This document shows positions 39,709 to 49,012 of a DNA stretch of 64,000 bases, one piece after another. The notes beneath the pieces are model-generated. The model was not told the origin of the DNA, made no database searches, and worked only from the letters and a program-made list of their open reading frames with translations. The position numbers were made by a program, and so were the translations under genes. Source of the stretch: Acidimicrobiia bacterium (GTDB lineage: Bacteria; Actinomycetota; Acidimicrobiia; IMCC26256; JAGNEX01); NCBI GenBank assembly GCA_018003035.1, contig JAGNEX010000002.1:477-64476 (forward strand), given 5' to 3'. How positions within the stretch are numbered: the stretch's first letter is position 1; each line of letters starts with the position of its first letter.

Positions 39709-41031
39709 ATGTTTGACGCTCTGTCATCGAGGTTTGATGGCATCTTCGCCCGGCTCAAGAGCCGGGGGAAGCTGACCGAGGCTGATGTCGACGAGGCGAT
39801 GCGCGAAATCCGTCTGGCGCTTCTCGAAGCCGACGTCAACTTTCGTGTGGTCAAGAGCTTTGTTCGGCGCGTGCGCGACCGCGCGATGGGCGAGGACGTT
39901 GCAGCGAGCCTGACGCCCGGCCAGATGGTCGTCAAGATCGTCCACGAAGAGCTCATCGCCACCTTGGGCGGATCGACGGGGACCATCTCGGTTAATCCAA
40001 AGCCACCGACTGTCATCATGATGGCCGGCCTTCAGGGTGCCGGTAAGACGACCGCTGTTGGCAAGCTCGCCCGTCTTTTGAAGAGCCAGGGTCACCAGCC
40101 GCTGCTGGTCGGTGCTGACCTTCAGCGCCCCGCCGCCGTCGAACAGCTGCGCACCTTGGGTCGCCAAGTCGACGTTCCCGTCTTCTCTGAAGCGACCGAT
40201 CCGGTGTCAGTCGCTCGATCGGCACGGGCCAAGGCCGCCGAGCTTGGTCGCAACATCGTCATTGTCGACACGGCCGGCCGGTTGGCAATCGACGCTGAAT
40301 TGATGGAAGAACTCGCCCAGGTCAAGGCGGTCGTTCAACCAGACACCACCCTCCTGGTAATCGACTCGATGATCGGACAAGAGGCGGTTGCGACAGCCGA
40401 GGCCTTCCATGAAACCGTGCCGATCGATGGCGTGATCCTGACCAAGATCGATGGTGACGCCCGAGGTGGAGCGGCCCTGTCGGTCAAAGAGGTCCTCGAC
40501 CGGCCGATCATGTACGTCGGTACCGGCGAGAAGCTGGAAGATTTCGAGACCTTCCACCCAGATCGCATGGCGTCGCGCATCTTGGGCATGGGCGATGTGC
40601 TCACCCTGATCGAGAAAGCCGAGGCTTCCTACGACATCGATGTCGCGACCCGTGCCGAGCAACGCCTCCGGGAAGGCCAGTTCACGCTCGAGGACTTTCT
40701 TGAGCAGATGCAACAGATCAAGAAGATGGGGTCGCTCAACAAGATCGTCGGGCTGCTGCCTGGAGTCCCCAAGGAGATCAAGAACGCTCAGATCGACGAC
40801 CGCGAGTTAGCCCGTGTCGAGGCGATCATCCATTCGATGACGCCCGAAGAACGGCGCAACCCCAACTTGATCAATGGATCTCGGCGGTTGCGGATCGCTC
40901 GCGGGGCTGGCATGCGAACATCCGATGTCAATGCACTGCTCAAACAGTTCAAAATGATGCAGCAGATGATGTCGCAGATGTCTCGTGGCAAACGGCCGAA
41001 GCTTCCGTTCGGTCAGCTGCCCGGGATGTAA
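39709..41031 (+). CDS. ffh: signal recognition particle protein Ffh
   Basis: MFDALSSRF N-terminus, GLQGAGKTT, DTAGRL, TKIDGDARGG, and a Met-rich M-domain. Confidence 0.95.
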   Translation: MFDALSSRFDGIFARLKSRGKLTEADVDEAMREIRLALLEADVNFRVVKSFVRRVRDRAMGEDVAASLTPGQMVVKIVHEELIATLGGSTGTISVNPKPPTVIMMAGLQGAGKTTAVGKLARLLKSQGHQPLLVGADLQRPAAVEQLRTLGRQVDVPVFSEATDPVSVARSARAKAAELGRNIVIVDTAGRLAIDAELMEELAQVKAVVQPDTTLLVIDSMIGQEAVATAEAFHETVPIDGVILTKIDGDARGGAALSVKEVLDRPIMYVGTGEKLEDFETFHPDRMASRILGMGDVLTLIEKAEASYDIDVATRAEQRLREGQFTLEDFLEQMQQIKKMGSLNKIVGLLPGVPKEIKNAQIDDRELARVEAIIHSMTPEERRNPNLINGSRRLRIARGAGMRTSDVNALLKQFKMMQQMMSQMSRGKRPKLPFGQLPGM

Positions 41032-41274
41032 CAGGAGCATCGTCAGGTCGGACTTTGGAGGCCAGGCAAGGTCGCCGTCGTGCGGCCGACGCCTGCGGAA
41101 AGACCGGCGAAAAGAACGTGTGGGGCCCATAGCCGATCAAGCACCTCCGCCGATCGGCTGCCACGGCGACAACTTGAGTACACTGGCCCGCTTGTGCCCA
41201 TGCTCGGGTAACGAGGCTGGTGTCGAAGATCGGCGCAGCCCGAACGGCAAGAAGATACGAAGGGTAGACCCACC

Positions 41275-41544
41275 GTGGCAGTCAAGATTCGCCTAATGCG
41301 TGGCGGTAAGAAGAAGCAGCCGACCTACCGCGTTGTGGTAGCGGACGAGCGCTCTCCTCGCGACGGCCGTTTTGTCGAGATCATCGGCTTTTACAACCCA
41401 CGCCAAGAACCCTCCGTGATCGAGATCGATAACGACCGGGCAGCGCATTGGCTCTCCGTTGGCGCACAGCCGACCGACGCGGCCGCCAAGTTGCTCAAGA
41501 TTTCGGGCGCGATGGGTGCGACAACTTCGGAAGGCGCCAAATGA
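41275..41544 (+). CDS. rpsP: 30S ribosomal protein S16
   Basis: GTG start. (M)[41 protein letters not shown] is canonical S16. Confidence 0.95.
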   Translation: MAVKIRLMRGGKKKQPTYRVVVADERSPRDGRFVEIIGFYNPRQEPSVIEIDNDRAAHWLSVGAQPTDAAAKLLKISGAMGATTSEGAK

Positions 41545-41828
41545 CGGCGTTTGACTCGGACGGCGATTTTGACGGCAACCGCGTCGCGGGCGCCGTTCCC
41601 GAGAACGTTCTGCGGACCGTCGTTATGGGCATCGTCGACGACGCCGAAGCGGTAGAGGTCGACCGCAGCGAAGGTGACAACTCTGTCAGCTTCGTGGTTC
41701 ACGTCGCTCCTGGCGATGTCGGTCGCGTGATCGGGCGTCACGGTCGGACCGCTCAAGCGATCCGACAAGTAGTTCACGCCAGTGCCTTCTCCGAGGGTTT
41801 GTCGGTCGAAGTCGACTTCGCCGACTGA
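41541..41828 (+). CDS. KH-domain RNA-binding protein (UPF0109/YlqC-like)
   Basis: Its ATG overlaps the rpsP stop (ATGA). The [23 protein letters not shown] core is present, in the conserved position between rpsP and rimM. Confidence 0.85.
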   Translation: MTAFDSDGDFDGNRVAGAVPENVLRTVVMGIVDDAEAVEVDRSEGDNSVSFVVHVAPGDVGRVIGRHGRTAQAIRQVVHASAFSEGLSVEVDFAD

Positions 41829-41843
41829 TCTCGTTGCAATGTC

Positions 41844-42368
41844 GTGGCCGATCAGGACGATCAATCCATGCCTGATCCCGCCGACAGAGTCGAACTACTT
41901 GAGGTCGCTGTAGTCGGTAAGCCTCACGGGCTGCGCGGCGAGGTGTACGTGCGGCCGATTTCTAATGTGGCGGAACGGTTCACCCCCGGGTCGGTCTTTG
42001 AGACGACCCAGGGTGAGCTAGAGATTGCCACGGTCCGGACCCACGGTGACCGGATGATGGTCCGCTTCCTCGGGTCCGAGAACCGCACTGACGCTGAAGC
42101 GCTCCGCGGGACCGTTCTGAAGGCGCTCGCACTTCCAGATCAGGACCCCGACGACCTGTGGATACACCAGTTGATCGGAGCGACGGTTGTCGATGCGGCT
42201 GGCGTAGCCCGGGGCAAGATCCGGTCGGTCATCGAAAATCCAGCGCACGACATTCTTGAGCTCCAGGACCGGACGCTGGTCCCGACCGTGTTCATTACCT
42301 CGGTTGATCCGGCGGCCGGGGTGGTCCACGTCGAGGTGCCAGATGGCATCTTCGAGGAAGAGGCGTGA
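41844..42368 (+). CDS. rimM: ribosome maturation factor RimM
   Basis: GKPHGLRGEVYV motif and a PRC-barrel C-terminal half. GTG start. Confidence 0.9.
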   Translation: MADQDDQSMPDPADRVELLEVAVVGKPHGLRGEVYVRPISNVAERFTPGSVFETTQGELEIATVRTHGDRMMVRFLGSENRTDAEALRGTVLKALALPDQDPDDLWIHQLIGATVVDAAGVARGKIRSVIENPAHDILELQDRTLVPTVFITSVDPAAGVVHVEVPDGIFEEEA

Positions 42369-43126
42369 GCGAAACCGACTCCCGAGACCCGACCGCTGGG
42401 CTCCGTGTCGACGTTTTTTCGGTGTTCCCAGACCTGGTCGATCGCTCTCTGAATGATTCAGTCATGGGTCGCGCACGGCTGTCAGGTTTGCTCGATCTTC
42501 GCTTGCACAATCCCCGTGACTGGGCGACAGACCGTCACAAAAGCGTGGATGACACACCGTTTGGTGGCGGGGCTGGCATGGTCATGAGTCCGCAGCCGCT
42601 GTTCGACGCGGTTGAAGCCGTCGATCCCGCTCGGCCCCTCATACTGCTGTCGGCGAGCGGCACCCGTTTCGATCAAAGCATGGCGACCGAGCTTGCCGCG
42701 GCCGGCGGCTTTTCACTGATCTGCGGGCGGTACGAGGGGATCGACCAGCGCGTCGCAGATCATTTATGTGATTTCGAGGTCTCGATCGGCGATTTTGTGT
42801 TGTCGGGCGGCGAACCGGCGGCCGTGGTCATCATTGACGCGACCACGCGCATGATCGATGGGGTGCTGGGAAACGACTCATCGCTAACTGAAGAGTCCCA
42901 CAGCAAACGGCGCCTCGAATACCCGCAATACACCCGTCCAGCCAGTTTTCGCGGCTGGGACGTCCCGTCGGTCCTGTTGTCTGGACACCATGGGAACGTC
43001 CGTCGGTGGCGACTGGCCCGTGCGCTTCAGCGGACGATGCAGCGACGCCCCGACCTGCTGGATGCCGAACCAGCGACCTCTGAAGAGCTGGCGGCCCTCG
43101 GCGAGTTCGGCGACGCCACGGCCTGA
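42365..43126 (+). CDS. trmD: tRNA (guanine37-N1)-methyltransferase
   Basis: VDVFSVFPDL, DDTPFGGGAGMVM, CGRYEGIDQRV, and a 4-nt overlap with rimM. Confidence 0.95.
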   Translation: MSETDSRDPTAGLRVDVFSVFPDLVDRSLNDSVMGRARLSGLLDLRLHNPRDWATDRHKSVDDTPFGGGAGMVMSPQPLFDAVEAVDPARPLILLSASGTRFDQSMATELAAAGGFSLICGRYEGIDQRVADHLCDFEVSIGDFVLSGGEPAAVVIIDATTRMIDGVLGNDSSLTEESHSKRRLEYPQYTRPASFRGWDVPSVLLSGHHGNVRRWRLARALQRTMQRRPDLLDAEPATSEELAALGEFGDATA

Positions 43127-43556
43127 GCTCGAGCACTTTCCCACGTCCAGCTGTGCACCTTTGAGCTGTTGACGAGTGAACCCGGCTGGTCGAACGATGC
43201 GAAGCGGCTCATCGGTTCCCCGTCGCGGATTCTGCGCCTGGTCTTGCTTTTTCCAGCAATCTGGTCGCCGTTCTCTCCCGGTGCCACAGGGTCGAATGGC
43301 TTCCCGTGCCTAGATGCGGCGCGAGCCCGTCCGCAGCAAAGGTCGCGAAGCGTCTGAAGCGATGGAACTTCCTTCCGAACTGTGTGCGCGTTCTCAGCTT
43401 CCTCCCAGATTCGGTCGGTAGAACTCCTGAGACCACAGATCAAGCCGACGGTGTTCTTGCGTTCCATAACTCCTAGGGGCTCACGGCCTCCGGAGTTCGA
43501 AGTCGTTGACGGCGCGTCGGCCAAGTCTGATCCACCTCTGAGATCCAGGAGCAGTC

Positions 43557-44195
43557 ATGTCCCGTTCAGCAATGTTCGCTTTCGACCTCGTCGCCATTTC
43601 GGTCATGGTTTTCGGGCTCTACTTTCCACGTCACAGAAGGAGAGACCTGGTCGTCGCGTACCTCGGCGTGAACGTCGGGGTTTTGGCGGTGGCCGACGCT
43701 CTCAACAGCACCGGAATCGCGAGCGGTCTTGGCCTGGGGCTTTTCGGCGTCCTGTCGATCATTCGCCTTCGGTCAACAGAACTCGATCAAGAAGAAGTTG
43801 CCTACTACTTCGCTGCGTTGGCGCTGGGGCTGCTCGGTGGTCTGACCGTGGCACCAGATTGGCTGAGTCCTGCGCTGATGTTCACGATCGTTGGGGTGCT
43901 CTTCGTCGGTGATCACCCCAAGCTCTACGGGCGTTACCGCACCCAGGTCATGAACCTCGACCAGGCGTTTACCGATGAATTAGCTCTCAAGGACTACTTG
44001 GAAAGGCTGCTCGGCGCCAATGTCCATCGGTTGAAAGTGCGGCGGGTGAACCTCGTCGATCTGACAACGACGGTTGAGGTCCGCTTCGAGGTCGATGAGA
44101 CGAAGCGAACCCAGCGGGGAACCGCGAACGCGGCCGCCGATTACCTCGTCGGCAGGGGCATCGCTACCGGCGGATTCGATGCGCGGGAGGGCTGA
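43557..44195 (+). CDS. DUF4956 domain-containing membrane protein
   Basis: LVAISVMVFGLYFPRHRRRDLVVAYLGVNVGV...GLGLGLFGVLSIIRLRSTELDQEEVAYYFAALALGLLGG matches my recollection of the DUF4956 family. That family typically sits next to VTC-domain genes. Confidence 0.7.
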   Translation: MSRSAMFAFDLVAISVMVFGLYFPRHRRRDLVVAYLGVNVGVLAVADALNSTGIASGLGLGLFGVLSIIRLRSTELDQEEVAYYFAALALGLLGGLTVAPDWLSPALMFTIVGVLFVGDHPKLYGRYRTQVMNLDQAFTDELALKDYLERLLGANVHRLKVRRVNLVDLTTTVEVRFEVDETKRTQRGTANAAADYLVGRGIATGGFDAREG

Positions 44196-44198
44196 AGA

Positions 44199-46679
44199 AT
44201 GAATCCGTCCCTCATCCACACCATAAATACCCTCCCAGCCGCGAACGTCGCAGAACTCAATGACACAGCTCAGCTCCTCACCCGACGGGATCGGAAGTAC
44301 ATCATCGACGCTCCCACTCTCTCCTCGGTGATTCACCGGGTGCGAGAGGAAGAGGCCCAGCTCAAGTGTCTCCAAACGGAATCTGGTCGCTGGGCGAGGT
44401 ACGAGTCCACCTACTACGACACCGGAACGCTCGACACTTATCGGTTGGCCGCTACGCGTCGCCCTAACCGATTCAAAGCCCGGGTTCGCCGCTATGTCGA
44501 CGGGGGATGGTCGACGATCGAGTTCAAAACAAAGAACCGGCGAGGCCAGACGGTGAAGCAGCGGGCAGAGCTCCCTGCCAGCGAACCGGACGAGCTCGCC
44601 GAGACCAATCTCGTTAGACAGCATGCCGTTCGGATCCCGGCCGCGGCTCCGTTTGCTAGTCGCCTCGTCCCAGGTGTTTCGACGCGGTACCGGCGGGCAA
44701 CCCTCCTCCTCCCGAGCTCTTCGAGCCGCGTCACCATCGACGCCGACTACACGGCGTCCGACCGTTTCGGACGGACCACCGGACTTCCCGGCCACTACAT
44801 CGTCGAAACCAAGACGTCGGGAAGGGCATGCGCATTCGACAGGGCGTTTTGGGCGGAAGGCGTACGTCCCGTCAAGTTCTCGAAGTATGCGACGGGCTTA
44901 GCGAAGCTGCGGCCCGACCTCACTGCCAACCGCTGGAGCTCGGTCATCCGCCGCTACTTCGACTCGCCTGTAACCGCCACGGGCAATGTCGCCCCTCCGT
45001 TTCTGGTGGGCAGTGCAGGGACCCATTCCCGCTTGAGCTCCCACCGCCAAGACGCAAATGCATCAGGTCATGTTCCTCTGAGAACTTGTCAAAACCTAGT
45101 GACCACGAGGTTGGCAGGGGCCGACCTGTCGCTAAACCTTCAAAGGAGAAACGTTATGACGTCTACCTATAACCGCCGCCTGTACCAAAAGGGTGCCGCC
45201 ATCATTCTCGGCTGGCTGTTGGTCACGCTCGCAGCGTGCAGTGCCACCCAAGAAACCAATTCGCAGGACGCGGCCGCTCAACAAACCGAGGCGGCCTCGG
45301 CGACGAGCGACTCCGTTGACGGCACCGCGACACAAGACGACAACCCGGGGGTGACACCCGTGTCCTCGGATTCCGGGCAAACCAGCAACAGTGCGTTCGA
45401 CAGTTCCTTCGTTCATGAGCTCACCCTCGCCTTCGATGAAGCGGCATATCAGGCGATGATCGAGGCGTATACGACCAACGGCGACAAAGAATGGATCGAA
45501 GCGACCGTTACGATCGACGGGACTGCGTACAACGACGTTGGGCTTCGCTTAAAGGGCAACTCGTCGCTACGTGGACTCGCTGACGGAGGGGGTCCCGGTG
45601 GCGACCTGAGCTCGGAAAATCCAGAAACACTTCCGTGGCTCATCAAACTGGACAAGTACGTAGACGACCAAGACCACCTGGGTGTGACCGACTTCGTGGT
45701 CCGCTCGTCGTCGACCGGGACCAGCCTGAACGAGGCGGTTGCGCTCGAGTTGTTGGCTCAGGCCGGGCTGGCCACGCAACAGGCGATGTCCGTTCGCTTC
45801 AGCGTCAACGGGAGCGCGGAAGTGCTTCGGTTGGTAATCGAGAATCCAGACGATGAGTGGATGAGCACGAACTTTGACGCTTCCGGCGCGCTGTACAAAG
45901 CAGAGAGCACAGGCGACTACAGCTATCGGGGGGACAATCCCGAGGAATACGACGAGGTGTTCGACCAGGAAGCGGGCGAAGAGAACGCCGACCTCACCCC
46001 TCTGATCGAGTTTCTCGACTTCATCAACAACGCCGACGACGAAACCTTCGCGGCGGAGCTCGACCAATGGCTCGACGTCGATGAGTTCGCGACCTATCTA
46101 GCCATGGAAGAGATCGTTGAGAACTTCGACGACATCGACGGCCCGGGGAACAACTCATACCTGTACTACGACTCCAATACTGAGCAATTCACCGTCGTAG
46201 CGTGGGACCACAACTTGGCGTTCGGAGTGGGTCCAGGTGGAGCGGGTGGCAATGCCGGACCTCGCGCGCTAGTCGACGCTGAGGGGCAAACCACACCCGA
46301 CGGAGGTGAAGCTCCTGCGCCCGGCGAGGTACCCGATGGCTCGGGCTTCCAGCCGCCCGCCGGCTTTGATCAAAGCACCCGGCCGGAAGGCGCTCCTCAG
46401 CCGCCAGACGGGTTCGTTCCCGGCGCCGCCGGCAACGCGAATCCCGCCGGACGGGGCGGGCCGGGGGGACGCTCAAACGTTCTATCGGAACGCTTCTTAG
46501 CCAGTGAAGAGTTCTTAGCGCTTTACAACGCGAAGTTGGAGGCACTTACAGCCGACCTGATCGACACCGGTACTGTGGGTGAAGTTGCCCAGGCGTGGGC
46601 TGCGGTGATCGAGCGTGATGCGAGTGACCTGGTGTCCTCAGAAACGATCCAGTCCGAGGTGTCACAGATCGTTTCCTGA
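44199..46679 (+). CDS. VTC (polyphosphate-polymerase/CYTH-like tunnel) domain joined in frame to a CotH-kinase-family module
   Basis: Residues 1 to about 262 are VTC-like (RRDRKYII, YESTYYDT, RFKARVRRY, IEFKTKNRRG, YIVETKTSG, FSKYATGLA). From ATG 45156, preceded by aaaggaga, there is a lipoprotein-type signal (ILGWLLVTLAAC-S). A CotH-like region follows (ATVTIDGTAYNDVGLRLKGNSS, LVIENPDDEWM, YLAMEEIVENFDDIDGPGNNSYLYYD, WDHNLAFG). No stop codon separates the two parts, so the product is either a fusion or CotH is made independently from 45156. Confidence 0.75.
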   Translation: MNPSLIHTINTLPAANVAELNDTAQLLTRRDRKYIIDAPTLSSVIHRVREEEAQLKCLQTESGRWARYESTYYDTGTLDTYRLAATRRPNRFKARVRRYVDGGWSTIEFKTKNRRGQTVKQRAELPASEPDELAETNLVRQHAVRIPAAAPFASRLVPGVSTRYRRATLLLPSSSSRVTIDADYTASDRFGRTTGLPGHYIVETKTSGRACAFDRAFWAEGVRPVKFSKYATGLAKLRPDLTANRWSSVIRRYFDSPVTATGNVAPPFLVGSAGTHSRLSSHRQDANASGHVPLRTCQNLVTTRLAGADLSLNLQRRNVMTSTYNRRLYQKGAAIILGWLLVTLAACSATQETNSQDAAAQQTEAASATSDSVDGTATQDDNPGVTPVSSDSGQTSNSAFDSSFVHELTLAFDEAAYQAMIEAYTTNGDKEWIEATVTIDGTAYNDVGLRLKGNSSLRGLADGGGPGGDLSSENPETLPWLIKLDKYVDDQDHLGVTDFVVRSSSTGTSLNEAVALELLAQAGLATQQAMSVRFSVNGSAEVLRLVIENPDDEWMSTNFDASGALYKAESTGDYSYRGDNPEEYDEVFDQEAGEENADLTPLIEFLDFINNADDETFAAELDQWLDVDEFATYLAMEEIVENFDDIDGPGNNSYLYYDSNTEQFTVVAWDHNLAFGVGPGGAGGNAGPRALVDAEGQTTPDGGEAPAPGEVPDGSGFQPPAGFDQSTRPEGAPQPPDGFVPGAAGNANPAGRGGPGGRSNVLSERFLASEEFLALYNAKLEALTADLIDTGTVGEVAQAWAAVIERDASDLVSSETIQSEVSQIVS

Positions 46680-46839
46680 TCACACCCGCCTGAACATGTG
46701 CGAACCCGGAGCCGTGGCATAGACTGCCGAGCTTGTGCCTGGGGCAGGACTCTCAGCACCCCAGAGTGGACACTGCGGCATCGGGTCGCACACGGTTTGC
46801 GTCACCGCTGGACATGGGCGCATCGAGGAGCCAGTCGCC

Positions 46840-47184
46840 ATGAAGACAACAGACATGATCGACAAGGGTCAGCAGCGCGAAGACATTCCTGCCTTCGGCG
46901 CTGGAGACAAGCTCAAGGTGCACGTCAAGATTGTCGAAGGTACCCGTGAGCGTGTGCAGGTGTTCGAAGGGTACGTCATCGCCCGCCAAGGTGGTGGCAC
47001 ACGCGAGACCTTTACTGTCCGCAAGATCAGCTTTGGCGTCGGCGTAGAGCGCATCTTCCCGCTCCACTCTCCGACCATCGAGAAGATTGAGGTCGTCGCT
47101 CGTGGCGATGTACGTCGAGCGAAGCTCACATACCTCCGTGACCGGGTCGGCAAGGCTGCCCGAGTCCGGGAAAAGCGCTACTGA
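46840..47184 (+). CDS. rplS: 50S ribosomal protein L19
   Basis: ATG 46840 follows gaggag. [36 protein letters not shown]...[18 protein letters not shown] is canonical L19. Confidence 0.95.
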   Translation: MKTTDMIDKGQQREDIPAFGAGDKLKVHVKIVEGTRERVQVFEGYVIARQGGGTRETFTVRKISFGVGVERIFPLHSPTIEKIEVVARGDVRRAKLTYLRDRVGKAARVREKRY

Positions 47185-47204
47185 GTCGTCGCTTCTCGGA
47201 TGGT

Positions 47205-47226
47205 CGCCGGTCCTTTTGGACCGGCG
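47205..47226 (+). promoter_or_regulatory. stem-loop between rplS and lepB
   Basis: 9-bp stem cgccggtcc / ggaccggcg with a TTTT loop, 21 nt after the rplS stop and with no U-tract. The only plausible lepB start codon (TTG 47216) lies in the loop/3' arm. Confidence 0.4.
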
Positions 47227-47863
47227 CGGTTCCAGCGCCGCGCTCGATGTTGGCGACAAGCCTCGAGCGCTTTGGAAAGAGATCGCAGTACTGCTGGTCG
47301 TGGCGGTCCTGCTTGCTCTGTTAGTTCGGGCGCTCCTCTTTGAGGTGTTCTTCATCCCGTCAGAATCGATGGAAGCGACGCTCGCTCCTGGTGAACGCGT
47401 GGCCGTTTCCTCCTTCCCTCTGGGCAGAGACGAGGTGCCCAATCGAGGCGACGTCATCGTCTTCCAGCCCACTGAGGAGCAGCTTGGTGGGCGGACCGTC
47501 CCTGATGACGACGTCGCTGCCTGGCTGAAACCTGTGCACGCGATCTTCCAGGCCGTTCATCTAATACCCCCTTCGACCGAGGACTACATCAAGCGAGTAG
47601 TTGGGCTCCCCGGCGAACGGGTTGAGGGTCGTGACGGTTCGGTCTTCATCGACGGAAAGCGTCTGATCGAGCCCTACCTCGACGAAGGGGTGGTTATCGA
47701 CGATTTCGCTCCTGTGACCGTTCCGGACGGCACGGTATGGGTGATGGGCGACAACAGAACTAACTCCCGTGACAGTCGGTTTATCGGGCCGGTTTCGCTC
47801 GACCAGATCGAAGGTCGCGCCGTGATGCGGGTGTGGCCTTTAAGTCGCTTAAGTCGTCTCTAG
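47216..47863 (+). CDS. lepB: signal peptidase I
   Basis: PSESMEATL (catalytic Ser), GDVIVFQP, YIKRVVGLPGE (catalytic Lys region) and VMGDNRTNSRDSR. The start is uncertain: TTG 47216 is proposed, and the track ORF from 47087 overlaps rplS by 98 nt. Confidence 0.88.
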   Translation: MDRRGSSAALDVGDKPRALWKEIAVLLVVAVLLALLVRALLFEVFFIPSESMEATLAPGERVAVSSFPLGRDEVPNRGDVIVFQPTEEQLGGRTVPDDDVAAWLKPVHAIFQAVHLIPPSTEDYIKRVVGLPGERVEGRDGSVFIDGKRLIEPYLDEGVVIDDFAPVTVPDGTVWVMGDNRTNSRDSRFIGPVSLDQIEGRAVMRVWPLSRLSRL

Positions 47864-47959
47864 CGGTAGCCGTATTCAACGACAAGAAATCGTCATACCC
47901 GCACCGTAGGATTGCTTCATGACGCAACGCCCAAGGGATCACGCCGCGAGGACGACTGG

Positions 47960-48253
47960 ATGAGTCCGGAAGATCTCGAACGGTACGAGAGCGAGGTTGA
48001 ACTTCAGCTCTACCGTGAGTACCGCGACGTCGTTGCTCTGTTCAAGTATGTGGTCGAGACCGAACGTCGGTTTTATCTCGCCAACCATGTCGAGCTCACG
48101 CCCCGAACTTCAGGCGGTCGCTCCTACTTCGAAGTGTCCTTGACGGACGCCTGGGTGTGGGACATGTATCGCCCGGCCCGTTTCGTCACCAAGGTTCGAG
48201 TGGTGACGTTTTCTGACGTCAACATTGAGGAGCTTCCACCCGCCACCGAATAG
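47960..48253 (+). CDS. DUF2469 domain-containing protein (actinobacterial conserved)
   Basis: MSPEDLERYESEVELQLYREYRDVVALFKYVVETERRFYLAN matches the conserved actinobacterial protein found between lepB/rnhB and yraN (the Rv2901c position). Confidence 0.8.
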   Translation: MSPEDLERYESEVELQLYREYRDVVALFKYVVETERRFYLANHVELTPRTSGGRSYFEVSLTDAWVWDMYRPARFVTKVRVVTFSDVNIEELPPATE

Positions 48254-48267
48254 CTGAGGAGCTACAG

Positions 48268-48687
48268 GTGAGTGTGTTGCGAAAGCGTCTAGGTGACGCA
48301 GGTGAGCGCGTGGCCAGGTCCTGGTACGAGCAACGTGGATTCCGGAGCGTCGCCACCAACTGGCGCTGTCCTCAAGGCGAAGTGGATCTTGTCGTGGTCC
48401 GCGCCGGTCTCTTGGTGTTTTGCGAGGTCAAGACACGTCGTTCGACCGGGTTTGGCGACCCGCGTGAGGCCATCACCCCAGCAAAGCTGGCGTCGATGCG
48501 AAAAGTTGCTGGCGCATTTTTGGCGGCCGAACACGAGGGCGACGCGGGACGGTCGGGATCGAAACCCAGCGATGACGACGTGGCGAGTTGGAGCGCTGCG
48601 TGCATCGAACGGATCAGGCTCGACGTCGCATGCGTGTACTGGGGTGAGCCGCCCAGAGTTCAGGTGCTGGCCGGGGTGGGGGAGTGA
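48268..48687 (+). CDS. YraN family (UPF0102) endonuclease-like protein
   Basis: GDAGERVARSWYEQRGFRSVATNWRCPQGEVDLVV...LVFCEVKTR is the YraN pattern. GTG start. Confidence 0.85.
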   Translation: MSVLRKRLGDAGERVARSWYEQRGFRSVATNWRCPQGEVDLVVVRAGLLVFCEVKTRRSTGFGDPREAITPAKLASMRKVAGAFLAAEHEGDAGRSGSKPSDDDVASWSAACIERIRLDVACVYWGEPPRVQVLAGVGE

Positions 48688-49012
48688 GCAGTCCTGTGAG
48701 GCTGTCAACGTGGTCGGTCGAAGTCAGGCTTCGGAGCCGCGCCTGTCCACCTCGATGAAGTGGAAACACGAGACTGGCCGTGCGCGGAGGCCGAAGCTTT
48801 CCGCCTCCTTAGGTCGCGCAGCGGGGTCAACAACGAGCGCTAGCCGAAGAGTCCCCAAATGACCAGTACCGCGGTGATGACGACAGCGGCGCCCACGAAT
48901 ACAAGATCAGAGTCGCGCTTGACGCGCTTCCGGTGCGGGTTGTAGCCCATGACGGGCAGGCTATACCGAAGGGGCTTGGGGTGTCGGGTGCGTACCCGGC
49001 TCCCCAACCCCA

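Noticed and set aside
41131-41159. 8-bp hairpin agccgatc/gatcggct after ffh as a terminator
   Set aside because: It has a 13-nt loop, no U-tract, and lies 100 nt from the ffh stop. This is insufficient to call, and it may simply be part of the rpsP leader.
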